DNA of 64,000 nt, taken from contig JACROE010000002.1 in NCBI GenBank assembly GCA_016214565.1, forward strand, positions 472,007 through 536,006, given 5' to 3'. The notes under the pieces are model-generated. The model saw only the letters and a program-made list of their open reading frames with translations. It was not told the DNA's origin and searched no databases. Positions 19,880-31,893 of this stretch are shown here, piece by piece. A program made the translations under genes and the position numbers. Numbering within the stretch: the stretch's first letter is position 1; the number at the start of each line of letters is the position of its first letter. The stretch comes from Candidatus Kerfeldbacteria bacterium. Its GTDB lineage: Bacteria > Patescibacteriota > Patescibacteriia > UBA10025 > JAHIVO01.

Positions 19880-19980
19880 ATATAGTTAGAAGGATTTTTT
19901 ATTTATTCGGAGGGCGGGAGCCCTGAACTCCTCGTTACACTCGAGTTCAGGGTCTTCGAGATTCTCACGGGTCTCTCAGA

Positions 19981-20012
19981 GCGGAGGCGGGAGGATTCGA
20001 ACCTCCGAGACC
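19981..20012 (-). other. Partial duplicate (pseudo-tRNA fragment) of the tRNA-Ser 3' end (T-arm plus 3' acceptor strand)
   Basis: On the minus strand, TCGGAGGTTCGAATCCTCCCGCCTCCG matches the 3' end of the adjacent tRNA-Ser with a single mismatch. No convincing 5' half, D-arm or anticodon arm could be folded. Confidence 0.4.
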
Positions 20013-20089
20013 CTTGCGGGCCTACCGCTATGTCCACCGGAGGCGGACCCGCCTTTGGCGGGCGAGATATGTTAATTATGCATCCACTC

Positions 20090-20176
20090 CGGAGACGGGA
20101 GGATTCGAACCTCCGAAGCCCGTGAGGGCTTACTGGTTTTCGAAACCAGCGCGTTCAACCACTCTGCCACGTCTCC
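20090..20176 (-). tRNA. tRNA-Ser (anticodon CGA), type II with long variable arm. CCA is not encoded.
   Basis: GGAGACG acceptor, D-loop AGTGGTTGAA, anticodon stem-loop CTGGT-TTCGAAA-ACCAG, variable arm hairpin, T-arm GGAGGTTCGAATCCTCC, acceptor CGTCTCC plus discriminator G. Confidence 0.8.
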
Positions 20177-20202
20177 GGAGTGGGCACAATTCACTTATTG
20201 CA

Positions 20203-20745
20203 TTATCGTTTGTAAATGTAGATTTTACTCGCTTTTGGGTCGTTTTGTCTAGTTGGGATAGTTTTTGTAGGGATCCATTGAGGAATCGAGAAACCATAGC
20301 AGACCACCGTGGTGCCTGGTTTCAGCTGTTTTTCTAGTTGCGCGCCGACTTTTGGCATGACGGCTACGATGAGAAACGCAAAGACAACGGTAGCTTCGGA
20401 CAAGTCAGCTTTATAGAAATCTTGATATCGTATTTCAGCTTTTGATTTATTGTTCTTCACGTTCATTCGCGCTAAGAAATATGCCCAGGGAGACAATTCA
20501 TAGCCGACGACGCGCGCTCCAGTTGCGCGCTCAATGTCTAGTAATACTCGAGCATTGCCACAGCCAAGATCATAGACTACATCATGATTCGTAATATGTA
20601 CTTCATGGACGATTGTTTCAATGACGGAAAACGGCGTGCGGACAAACGGCACCTTTGTTTTAAGCAAAATGATAAAAATATATACAGCCAAAATGGCAAA
20701 GAGTATGGTGATGACGAGTAGACTGAGCGCAATGATTAGTCCCAT
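20203..20745 (-). CDS. Class I SAM-dependent methyltransferase with an N-terminal TM anchor. The start is assumed at an internal Met, since the ORF extends to 20940.
   Basis: Motif I VYDLGCGNARVLL and post-I acidic residue. The start at MGLIIAL lies 2 nt after the upstream PHP gene stop. Confidence 0.55.
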   Translation of the reverse strand: MGLIIALSLLVITILFAILAVYIFIILLKTKVPFVRTPFSVIETIVHEVHITNHDVVYDLGCGNARVLLDIERATGARVVGYELSPWAYFLARMNVKNNKSKAEIRYQDFYKADLSEATVVFAFLIVAVMPKVGAQLEKQLKPGTTVVCYGFSIPQWIPTKTIPTRQNDPKASKIYIYKR

Positions 20746-20746
20746 A

Positions 20747-22009
20747 TTAGAATAATGCTTTCTGTTTAATTTTTGCAGCGGTCCGCTCAGCGTCAGTAAA
20801 TACTTTGACCGTGCCAAATTCACCGTCAAAGCCTGGAAGAATATGTAGTTTTCCCGCGCGGACGCGTTTGATGCCCTCCACGACGATTGGCTGGGCAGTT
20901 GAGGAAATTTTTTCCAGGTCGGTATGGAGCAGCACCTCAAATTCAGGAGCGCAATGTTCTACGATTGTATCAAATTCCGTTTGTACCCGTTTGCTATTCA
21001 CCCCGACGCCAAAGGCATCAGCAATGATTTCCTGGAGCGGGACTATTGATTTGAATGGTGGGCGATTAGTTGGCGTGTAGTTTTCTGGTCGGTCAGCCAG
21101 GGCATCGACGCGATGCATTACCCCGATGGTCAACGGTTTTTTGCATTTGGGGCAAATATTTTTTACTCGTTTCGTTTCCGACGGTGAGAGACGAACGCCA
21201 CAATCGCGATGCCCGTCAAAATGGTATTTACCTTCCTCGGGGAAAAATTCAATGGTATAGCTGATATGATTTTTTGCCGTCGGGTGCTCGAGGGATTGGC
21301 GAATATTTGTGTACGAAATTTCAGTGAGGTCGAGCACGGTCGCCTCGCGCGCCATTTTTTTTGCTGAGTGTGCGTCAGAAAAAGAAACGATTTGAATCTG
21401 ATCAAGTTGTGAGAGCCGCCAATTCATGGCCGGGTCGGAGGACAATCCCGTTTCTACTGCATGAATGTGCGGCGCTTGTTTGCCAAAACATTGCGCGACG
21501 CTATCAAAACCCGACATAGACCCAAACATAGAGAACCAGGGCGTCCAAATGTGCGCGGGAATAATGATAGATTCCGCGCTGGCTGTTTTAGCCAGTTCAA
21601 CAATTCGTTCTGCGCTCATACCCAGGATCGGGCGTCCGTCGGCGCGGAGATTTGCGCCTTCTTTTTGGAGGGCGCTATTAAAAATTTCCACTGCTGATAG
21701 AGTCGGGAAGATAATTAAGATATGGATGCGCCGCACTTTCCCGTCCTGGGAATAAATACAGGACAATTCGGTACTTAATACAAACTGTGTTGGTTCCATT
21801 GCTGATCGTAGGGTATAGAGGCCATTTTCTTGGAGCTTCAGTTTATTTTTCAATTCTGCATACCAGGCAGGGTGAGTAAAGTCAGCGGTCGCCAAAACAT
21901 GGATGCCTTTTCGTTGGCCCCAGCGGGACATTTCTTCGAGATTCATGTCGCGCGAAACAGCTCGGGAGTATTTTGAGTGCAGGTGAAGGTCAATAATAGT
22001 TTCTGCCAT
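20747..22009 (-). CDS. PHP-domain protein with a C-terminal Cys4 zinc ribbon, TIGR00375 / endonuclease Q (EndoQ)-like
   Basis: N-terminal IIDLHLHSKYSRA PHP signature with further His/Asp ligands, about 420 aa, and C-terminal C..CPKCKK. The architecture matches EndoQ-type nucleases. Confidence 0.5.
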   Translation of the reverse strand: MAETIIDLHLHSKYSRAVSRDMNLEEMSRWGQRKGIHVLATADFTHPAWYAELKNKLKLQENGLYTLRSAMEPTQFVLSTELSCIYSQDGKVRRIHILIIFPTLSAVEIFNSALQKEGANLRADGRPILGMSAERIVELAKTASAESIIIPAHIWTPWFSMFGSMSGFDSVAQCFGKQAPHIHAVETGLSSDPAMNWRLSQLDQIQIVSFSDAHSAKKMAREATVLDLTEISYTNIRQSLEHPTAKNHISYTIEFFPEEGKYHFDGHRDCGVRLSPSETKRVKNICPKCKKPLTIGVMHRVDALADRPENYTPTNRPPFKSIVPLQEIIADAFGVGVNSKRVQTEFDTIVEHCAPEFEVLLHTDLEKISSTAQPIVVEGIKRVRAGKLHILPGFDGEFGTVKVFTDAERTAAKIKQKALF

Positions 22010-22074
22010 ATGATTGGCTCATTGTACCATTCACGGGCTGCCCGGAGCAATTACTCTGTGGTAGACTATATGAT

Positions 22075-23040
22075 ATGCACATCACGTCTGGAACTAAACA
22101 GATTCTTTGTATCCTTGCTCTCTATTTTTTTCTGGCTTGGTCCTTAACGGGCGTTTATTTTTTTACTCATACCCAGCAGATCCCCGATGATTGGGAGCAC
22201 TGGCATGAGCAGATTGGTGCAGGCACGGCGCCTGATTCCAGCCAATTTCGGCTTATATCCTATTGGCTCGCGGATGGGGCGAGCAAGCCTTTTGGGCAAC
22301 CAGTTTTTATCGGGTACTTAAGCGTTCGATTTGTCTTTACTTTTATCACGCTGTGCCTATTTCATTTGTTTCTGTTGAAATGGATGCGGCCGGTTATGGC
22401 GACATTTTCGGTAGTGCTGTTTGCCGCACTGACGCCCATTTCATTCATTCCATTTTTACAAGAGGCGGACATCGTTTTGTATCCATTTTTTCTAGGCGGG
22501 CTTTGGTTTATCCGCGAACAAAAATTTTGGTGGTTAGCCGGCATCATTGCCGCAGGCACCTTTGCAAAAGAAACAATCATTTTTTTGTTGCCAATGTTTG
22601 CGCTGTATCAGTGGCGTCGGGGGCGAACGTGGCGAACGATTGTCGAGACTGCGCTCCTTGCCATAATCTGGGCGGCGGCATTTTATGTCACACGCCACGT
22701 GTTTTTTGAGGGCAATAATTCTCCGCTGTGGCAATTACCCGCCAACATCAGTTTTTTAAGTCAGTCGCTGGCACTTCATCCTTTGATTAATGTGTATTTA
22801 TTTTTTATTCCCGTTTTTGGTGTCTTTTGGATCCTACCGTTTATGCGCTTGTCTACCAAGCCTATGTTTTTGCAGCGGGCAGCGCCGTATATTGTAATTT
22901 TTACCACCCTCCATTTTTTAATGGGTTGGCCCCATGAGACGCGGATAATGTTACCATTGGCGTTTCTCATCATCCCTTCAGGACTTATGACGCTATTTCC
23001 CGACGGATGGGAAAAAAATGAAGTCGCACCACAAGGGTAG
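22075..23040 (+). CDS. Hypothetical polytopic membrane protein
   Basis: 321 aa, about 9 hydrophobic helices. No recognisable catalytic motif. Confidence 0.35.
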   Translation: MHITSGTKQILCILALYFFLAWSLTGVYFFTHTQQIPDDWEHWHEQIGAGTAPDSSQFRLISYWLADGASKPFGQPVFIGYLSVRFVFTFITLCLFHLFLLKWMRPVMATFSVVLFAALTPISFIPFLQEADIVLYPFFLGGLWFIREQKFWWLAGIIAAGTFAKETIIFLLPMFALYQWRRGRTWRTIVETALLAIIWAAAFYVTRHVFFEGNNSPLWQLPANISFLSQSLALHPLINVYLFFIPVFGVFWILPFMRLSTKPMFLQRAAPYIVIFTTLHFLMGWPHETRIMLPLAFLIIPSGLMTLFPDGWEKNEVAPQG

Positions 23041-23084
23041 ATGCGACTTCAGGTTTGGGTTGAACGTTTATGATCTGTAAGAAA

Positions 23085-24074
23085 TTACAGAGCGTTTTTG
23101 AAATCTTCCAGCGACGGAACGTTTGATCCTCCTTCACGGAGCACCTTCAGCCCCGCGCAGGTAGCACCCCAGCGAAGCATCTCGTCGGGATTCTTACCGT
23201 TAAAGATGGCGGCAATACATCCGGAGAGAAACGAGTCGCCAGCACCCGTTTTGTCAATTGGGGTACCGAATCGGCGTGCATCCTGGGTGTGCCAGTAGTC
23301 CTGTGAGCGTATGCTCATGACTGCGCCTGATTCGTTGCAGGTGACAATGACTGCGTCCGCGCCGAGCTCGTGAAGTCGGTCAATGTGTTCGCGGCGCACC
23401 CCATCTTCAGGGAGTGTGCAATCGATCGCTTTGCCAAGCTCTTCATGGTTGATAAAAACTAACGGGCTCAGTTTCAACAACCGCGTAAAGTATGCGTTAG
23501 CTTCGATCAGCTCCATGCGAGGATTGAGTACCCGCGGTGCGGTGCCGGCAGCGGTAAACATAGCTTCTGCCATTTCGGTTTCTTCTGGCATGAGGCCTGT
23601 CGCAACGACCATGGCAGGCTGGAGTGCCTTTGTTTCCTGCTCGACCGCAGTGGTAGCCGATCGGATATATTTGAACTTGGATGAGAGAATAATCGGATCA
23701 AACTCTCCCTCTATGATGATGTTTCCCACGGATGTGTGGGATTTCACCGTCAATGGATGAAATGAAAGACCCATATTCTCAATCTCACCGATGATGAATT
23801 GGCGCTCCAGTTCCTTAGTGTCTTCTGATACCGAAGCCATCAGGTGAGGTTTGAGTCCAAACATCTTGCTTGCGACCGCAACGTCAAAAGAGGTACCGCC
23901 TGGATATCGATGCCGTGAGGTCACCGGAATTTTCGATCGCAACGGACGGCCACGACCATCGCGCTGAACGAATTCATATCTGCTGACGATTTCGTAGCAG
24001 ATGGAGAATCCGACAATCAGATCAATGCCGTTGGCATGGTCTGAGGTGTGACTGATTTCGTACAACGGTTTCAT
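23085..24074 (-). CDS. PfkB-family carbohydrate/nucleoside kinase
   Basis: C-terminal DKTGAGDSF (PfkB signature 2) and an N-terminal Gly-rich lid region. Confidence 0.65.
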   Translation of the reverse strand: MKPLYEISHTSDHANGIDLIVGFSICYEIVSRYEFVQRDGRGRPLRSKIPVTSRHRYPGGTSFDVAVASKMFGLKPHLMASVSEDTKELERQFIIGEIENMGLSFHPLTVKSHTSVGNIIIEGEFDPIILSSKFKYIRSATTAVEQETKALQPAMVVATGLMPEETEMAEAMFTAAGTAPRVLNPRMELIEANAYFTRLLKLSPLVFINHEELGKAIDCTLPEDGVRREHIDRLHELGADAVIVTCNESGAVMSIRSQDYWHTQDARRFGTPIDKTGAGDSFLSGCIAAIFNGKNPDEMLRWGATCAGLKVLREGGSNVPSLEDFKNAL

Positions 24075-24204
24075 TATATGCCCTCCTTTCGAAGGCGTTT
24101 TTAAAATGTGAATGACCTATATTAATTCGCTAGTGTACCGAGTTACCTGGCTTCTGTCAAGCTGTCCAGTGGAGGGAAAATTTGATACAATTGAGGCTAA
24201 TCAT

Positions 24205-25368
24205 ATGGATAAAAAAACTGTATTAGTATTTACCGGTGGCGGTTTAGCTCCAGCGCTGAACCCAACCTTAGCCGGCGTTATCACAACCGCGCAACGTCAT
24301 GGTATGCGCGTACTTGGTGGGCTCTATGGCTGGGCGTGTTTGGGTGCCCACGGTAAGGTGATTGACCTGACAACGTTTGATGCCGCACCGTTGCGGCATG
24401 TCGGTGGGACATTTTTGCGTTCGAGTCGAACCAATCCCTTTGCCGTGGATGACGGCATTACAATACTTCAGGAGAAAATAAAAGAGTATGGTGTAGATTA
24501 TATTATCGCTATCGGCGGTGATGATACACTGGGAGCGGCTAGCCGATTATTTCGCGAATACAATATCCCAGTCATCGGCATCCCGAAAACGATTGATAAT
24601 GATTTGCAGGGTACCTATTGGTCGCCTGGCTATCCGTCAGCAGCGCACTACACGGCTCAGTACGCCTATGAAATAAAGGTAGACGCAGCCTATGCACTAT
24701 CCCGTGTATTTGTGATTGAGGTGCTCGGCCGACAGTCTGGCTGGCTGACGGCAGCGGCTGCGTATGGTTTAGCTGATATTATCCTTCCGCCTGAACGAGA
24801 GTATAAACTTGATGCTGTTCTCCAAGCGGTGCAGCAGCGATATGAAAAAAATGGTAACTATGTCACGGTCGTTTTGTCCGAGGAGGCGCGGTTTGATCGG
24901 GAAGTACAGGGTATGCTCCAGGATGCCAATAAAGCTGATTCCTATCAAGTGCAGCGGAAGGCATTTGTGGCAATGGGGCTGTGTAAGAAAATAACGGAGG
25001 AACTCGGGATCAGTGGCAAACCCCTGTTCCCGGGAAACTTTATGCAGACGGGGAATCCCATTGATATAGATGCCCAGATAGCGCTTCAGCTTGGTGAACA
25101 TGCAGTTGATCTTGCGCTGAATGGTTCGCTTGGTCAGATGGCATGTGTACGTCGGAGCGATCTGGGCGGCAGCCGAATTGATGTATCTGACATACCGCTG
25201 GCGGAGGCAGTGGGGAAGGTGCGGTTTATCGATGATTCGTATTTTGATTTTGATCAATTTCAGGTGACGGATGCGTTTATTAAGTATGCCGAGCCATTTC
25301 TTGGCCCCTTAGCTCAGCGGCAGACAGACCCATATCTTCATTTGATCACCGATATATCTCACCAATAA
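24205..25368 (+). CDS. pfkA: 6-phosphofructokinase (PfkA family, possibly PPi-dependent type)
   Basis: VLVFTGGGLAPALN, IGGDDTLGAA, PKTIDNDL and GRQSGWL motifs. The start was trimmed to ATG 24205. Confidence 0.7.
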   Translation: MDKKTVLVFTGGGLAPALNPTLAGVITTAQRHGMRVLGGLYGWACLGAHGKVIDLTTFDAAPLRHVGGTFLRSSRTNPFAVDDGITILQEKIKEYGVDYIIAIGGDDTLGAASRLFREYNIPVIGIPKTIDNDLQGTYWSPGYPSAAHYTAQYAYEIKVDAAYALSRVFVIEVLGRQSGWLTAAAAYGLADIILPPEREYKLDAVLQAVQQRYEKNGNYVTVVLSEEARFDREVQGMLQDANKADSYQVQRKAFVAMGLCKKITEELGISGKPLFPGNFMQTGNPIDIDAQIALQLGEHAVDLALNGSLGQMACVRRSDLGGSRIDVSDIPLAEAVGKVRFIDDSYFDFDQFQVTDAFIKYAEPFLGPLAQRQTDPYLHLITDISHQ

Positions 25369-25429
25369 GAAAAGCGACAGACACAATGGTCATCTGTCGC
25401 TTTGTTTGTCGTGGGAAAGTGTGTAATTG

Positions 25430-26542
25430 CTACACACGTGGAGTGGGACATGTGGTCCCGATGTACGAATTGAGGAAGGTTTGAGTTTCCTCGAGGGTGG
25501 GGGGATTTGAGGCGCCGAGGCGTCTCACCGAAAGAGCTGCCGCGGCTGCGGCAAACTGCATGGCCGACGGGACGTCTGCTCCACGCACGCGCTGGGCAAT
25601 GAAATTACCCAGAAAACAATCGCCAGCACCGGTCGCGTCGACGACGTCAGGGACGTAGCAGGCGGGGATTGAGCAATCCTCAGCATCACCGTGGTTACGG
25701 TAGATCGCGCCGTGCTGATCGCGCGTGACGATCATTTCCAATTCTTGGTTTCCAGACCAATGGCGCAGTTCGATAATCGAACTAATGCCGAGAGACTGGT
25801 AGAGCTCTGCTTCCTCAAATTGGTTGAGCACCAAAAGGTTGGTTTTCTGCAGGAGCTTTTTTAGTTCCCGCTGACGGTGTGATTCTGCCTCGGAGGAGGT
25901 CGAATCAGGGCTGAGTAGGGAAACTCCAGGATTCAACACATTTGTGCTGCAGATGAGTTTCCCGTCATCATCAGTGACACTCCCGAATAGGGTATCAATG
26001 ATGCTGACATCCATCAGCTGGACGCCGGTACCGACGCGGAAGCGTGGATTGGTTTTCCGTACTTCCGTCGTGATTCTAGCGTGCTCGTGGCCGAGCCGGT
26101 CGGGCAAATAGCTGCCTTTCCGGTTGTGGCTGCGAGTAAATACCCCGTTGCCATTATGATCATTGACGACCACGTTGACCGATACATTACTGGAGTCCCT
26201 CCAGTGCAGGGGGAAGACGTCAATTTCTTCCATGGCTAACTCATTGGCAATGAGCCGGCCGATTGCGTCATCACCGATAGTGGCGATGAGCTTAACTGAT
26301 TCGATTCCCGCGCGTTTGATGGTGCGGGCAACATTGCAGCTTGATCCTGCGATTGAGAAAGAAAATTCCTCAGGTCGCAAGATGCGCTTGAGCGGTGAGG
26401 GGTTGTGAAAAAGTTCACCATCCTTAACCGCCATCTCAATGTTAACTGAGGCAGCAACAAGGATATTATTCAAAAGATCCTCCTTCACACGAATCCGTGT
26501 GCTTAGGCAGATTATTAATTTGTCAGTGAGCGGGTATACCAA
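25430..26542 (-). CDS. PfkB-family sugar kinase (ribokinase-like), second copy
   Basis: N-terminal ILVAASVNIEM (ribokinase-like beta-strand) and C-terminal DATGAGDCFLGNFIA. Confidence 0.6.
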   Translation of the reverse strand: MVYPLTDKLIICLSTRIRVKEDLLNNILVAASVNIEMAVKDGELFHNPSPLKRILRPEEFSFSIAGSSCNVARTIKRAGIESVKLIATIGDDAIGRLIANELAMEEIDVFPLHWRDSSNVSVNVVVNDHNGNGVFTRSHNRKGSYLPDRLGHEHARITTEVRKTNPRFRVGTGVQLMDVSIIDTLFGSVTDDDGKLICSTNVLNPGVSLLSPDSTSSEAESHRQRELKKLLQKTNLLVLNQFEEAELYQSLGISSIIELRHWSGNQELEMIVTRDQHGAIYRNHGDAEDCSIPACYVPDVVDATGAGDCFLGNFIAQRVRGADVPSAMQFAAAAAALSVRRLGASNPPTLEETQTFLNSYIGTTCPTPRV

Positions 26543-26572
26543 TCACGCTGATGTGCTTGGTATGCTGACTCA

Positions 26573-27442
26573 CTAAGCTTTTTTCCAGTCGCGGAGCGCT
26601 TCTTCGTAAATTTCAGGTGTCCCAACGTCGAACCAGGCGCCCTCAAAAGGATATCCAATCAATTTTCCTTCGGTAACCAGTTTCGGGAAGACGTCCTTTT
26701 CGAGCATAGAATATCCTGAACGGGGAGTATATTTAAATATTTCGGGATTGAGGAAGAATAATCCGGCATTGACGAAGTGTCCCATGCGTTTGCCCTGCTC
26801 TGGCTTTTCTGTAAATTTCACAATCTTATTACCATGTAGTCTAACGACACCGAATTCATAGGGCTTGTCACTTGAGGTAATTGCCATGGTAGCGGTGCCG
26901 CCGTGCGTACGGTGAAATTCCACAAAGTCTTTTATTGAAATATCAATGAGCACGTCGCCATAGAGCATCAGGAAGGGTGATCGCTGGAGGTATTGTTCTG
27001 CCTGGCGGAGCGCAGCGCCGGTGCCGAGTTCTTTGCGCTCTTTCATATAGGTTATTTTTACCCCGAAGCGAGATCCATCGCCGAAGTGTGCCACGATTTT
27101 ATCACCTAAGTGACCGACCATAATATATAAATCCGTAAATCCGGCGTCACGAAGCATTTCGATAGAGTATTCAAGGATCGGCTTTCCCTGGACGGGGATC
27201 AATGTCTTTGGAATTTCATAGGTGAATGGTCGCATGTTTACTCCACGACCAGCTGCTAAGATCAACGCCTTATTTGTTCGCGGTCGCAACGACTGGCTCA
27301 AGAGGTACTCAATCGCATGCGAGCGATTCCGAATCCGGGTGCCGTCGATCACCCCATCTACCAGGGGGAGTAGGTCTTTTTTGAGGGTAATAGTAAGTCT
27401 GGCTCTATCCATAATATGGTCAAAATTGTCATACACCATCAT
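26573..27442 (-). CDS. Sugar-phosphate nucleotidyltransferase (G1P thymidylyl/uridylyl/guanylyl-transferase family) with an approx. 55 aa N-terminal ribbon-helix-helix-like extension
   Basis: ALILAAGRGVNMRPFTYEIPKTLIPV...LYGDVL NTP-transferase motifs. The N-terminal TITLKKDLLPLVD...RNRSHAIEYLL resembles a CopG/RHH module. Confidence 0.6.
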   Translation of the reverse strand: MMVYDNFDHIMDRARLTITLKKDLLPLVDGVIDGTRIRNRSHAIEYLLSQSLRPRTNKALILAAGRGVNMRPFTYEIPKTLIPVQGKPILEYSIEMLRDAGFTDLYIMVGHLGDKIVAHFGDGSRFGVKITYMKERKELGTGAALRQAEQYLQRSPFLMLYGDVLIDISIKDFVEFHRTHGGTATMAITSSDKPYEFGVVRLHGNKIVKFTEKPEQGKRMGHFVNAGLFFLNPEIFKYTPRSGYSMLEKDVFPKLVTEGKLIGYPFEGAWFDVGTPEIYEEALRDWKKA

Positions 27443-27538
27443 ACAGTATATGCAAAATAAATCAAGCGTTTTGATATTTTTGAGCTAATATTAGCAAAAA
27501 GAAAAACACCCTTCTTTTGGAAAGATGTTTTTCATTAA

Positions 27539-27662
27539 ACTGGCAATGGCCTACTGTTCCGCCCCGGCTTGCGGGGAGTATCATCGGCGCGGCCAGGCTT
27601 AACGACTGAGTTCGAGATGGGATCAGGTGTGGCCCCGGCGCTTGAATCACCAGAGGCCAGGA
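27539..27662 (-). rRNA. rrf: 5S ribosomal RNA
   Basis: Minus-strand sequence CCTGGCCTCTGGTGATTCAAGCGCCGGGG...CCGATGATACTCCCCGCAAGCCGGGG...GGCCATTGCCAG matches the 5S helix I-V consensus. About 122 nt. Confidence 0.8.
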
Positions 27663-27775
27663 AATAAATACATTATTCCCTGCGCCCTTAGCGATCAAAT
27701 ACTTGCTTGATCTAGGGAGCAATTAACAAACTAACACGTTACCTTCATCAGTGATGTGTTAGCACATCAGTGATT

Positions 27776-30835
<3,060 letters not shown>

Positions 30836-31316
30836 TGTGCCGCCTATTAGATAGGCACATAGTGAGTTCTTACTTCTTTGTGAAGATTGCGTGTTAGTTG
30901 TTTGTTATGCCCCGAATTGTCAACGTTCGCGCAAATACCTGATCTGGAATCATTCTATAGATAGTAGAGTGATCGGCAGTTCGTGTATTTGGTTTCAAAA
31001 ATGTGCTGGTAGCTGGTAACGAGGGGACCCTTCGATTCGCCTTCGGCTCACTCAGGGTTGTTACCCCGCGGCGGGGTAACAAAAATCCCGCGGAGGGCGG
31101 GACTAAATCAGTACTCAAATATTGGGGTGATTTAGCCGCCTTTTGAGGTTAATGATAAGGTTTTTTGCATATTTCTGGGGATATTGTGTGTATTACTTTT
31201 CCGTATTTGGCATTATATCGAATGTTGGGAGGGGTGTCAACCCCACCTGCAATTGCATTTCGAATAGGGTTATTGTGGTGCTGCGGTGGAGATGCTGAAT
31301 CCAAGGCGTTTTACCT

Positions 31317-31528
31317 TTAGTGCTGAATGGGAGATTGCCACGTCGTCGTTTCACTCCTCCTCGCAATGACAAACGATTTTTCCTTATGAGTCCGAGGACG
31401 CCCGCTTGTCATCCTGAGGGAGTCGAGCTGAACTCGACGACCGAAGGATATAATTATATCCTTCGCTACGCTCAGGATGACAAAAGGGGGTTGGGATGAC
31501 AAAAGGGGTTGGGATGACAAAAGAAGAA
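31317..31528. repeat. Structured repeat region: tandem GGGATGACAAAAG units (3 copies) plus nested inverted repeats
   Basis: gtcatcctgag...ctcaggatgac inverted repeat enclosing gtcgag-ctgaa-ctcgac and the ggatataattatatcc palindrome. These are followed by gatgacaaaaggggg-ttgggatgacaaaagggg-ttgggatgacaaaag. Confidence 0.4.
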
Positions 31529-31837
31529 TTAGACTAACATTTCCTCCTTACTATACCAGCCATCACTAATATCTTTCCACCTAGGATTCATACTAGCGAT
31601 CAATTCATCCTTTTTCCTGCGCAACCAGCCCTTCAATTGCTTTTCCCGTTCTATTGCATCATACACATACTGAAATTCCTCATAATAGATTAGTTTAGTG
31701 ACATGATATCGCTGGGTAAAACCAGATACTTCCCGACGCTTGTGTTGTAGAACGCGGCTTGATAGATCATTCGTGACGCCCGTATATAAGACAGTATTCC
31801 AGTCATTCGTCATGATGTAGACGTAAAAAGTCCTCAT
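31529..31837 (-). CDS. GIY-YIG domain nuclease-superfamily protein (small, stand-alone)
   Basis: FYVYIMTNDWNTVLYTGVTNDLSSRVLQHK...REKQLKGW is the canonical GIY-YIG arrangement. 102 aa. Confidence 0.7.
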   Translation of the reverse strand: MRTFYVYIMTNDWNTVLYTGVTNDLSSRVLQHKRREVSGFTQRYHVTKLIYYEEFQYVYDAIEREKQLKGWLRRKKDELIASMNPRWKDISDGWYSKEEMLV

Positions 31838-31893
31838 ACAAAAAGATCCCGTTTGTTATGGGGAGGCATTTGTAGTTTAGCTAAAAGTATTTT

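Noticed and set aside
19981-20070. A second full-length type-II tRNA (Ser/Leu/Sec) immediately downstream of tRNA-Ser
   Set aside because: A T-arm and 3' acceptor strand are present. The 5' acceptor strand (GGAGGCG), D-arm and anticodon arm could not be found by manual folding. It is retained only as a 3'-fragment or pseudo-tRNA pending tRNAscan-SE.
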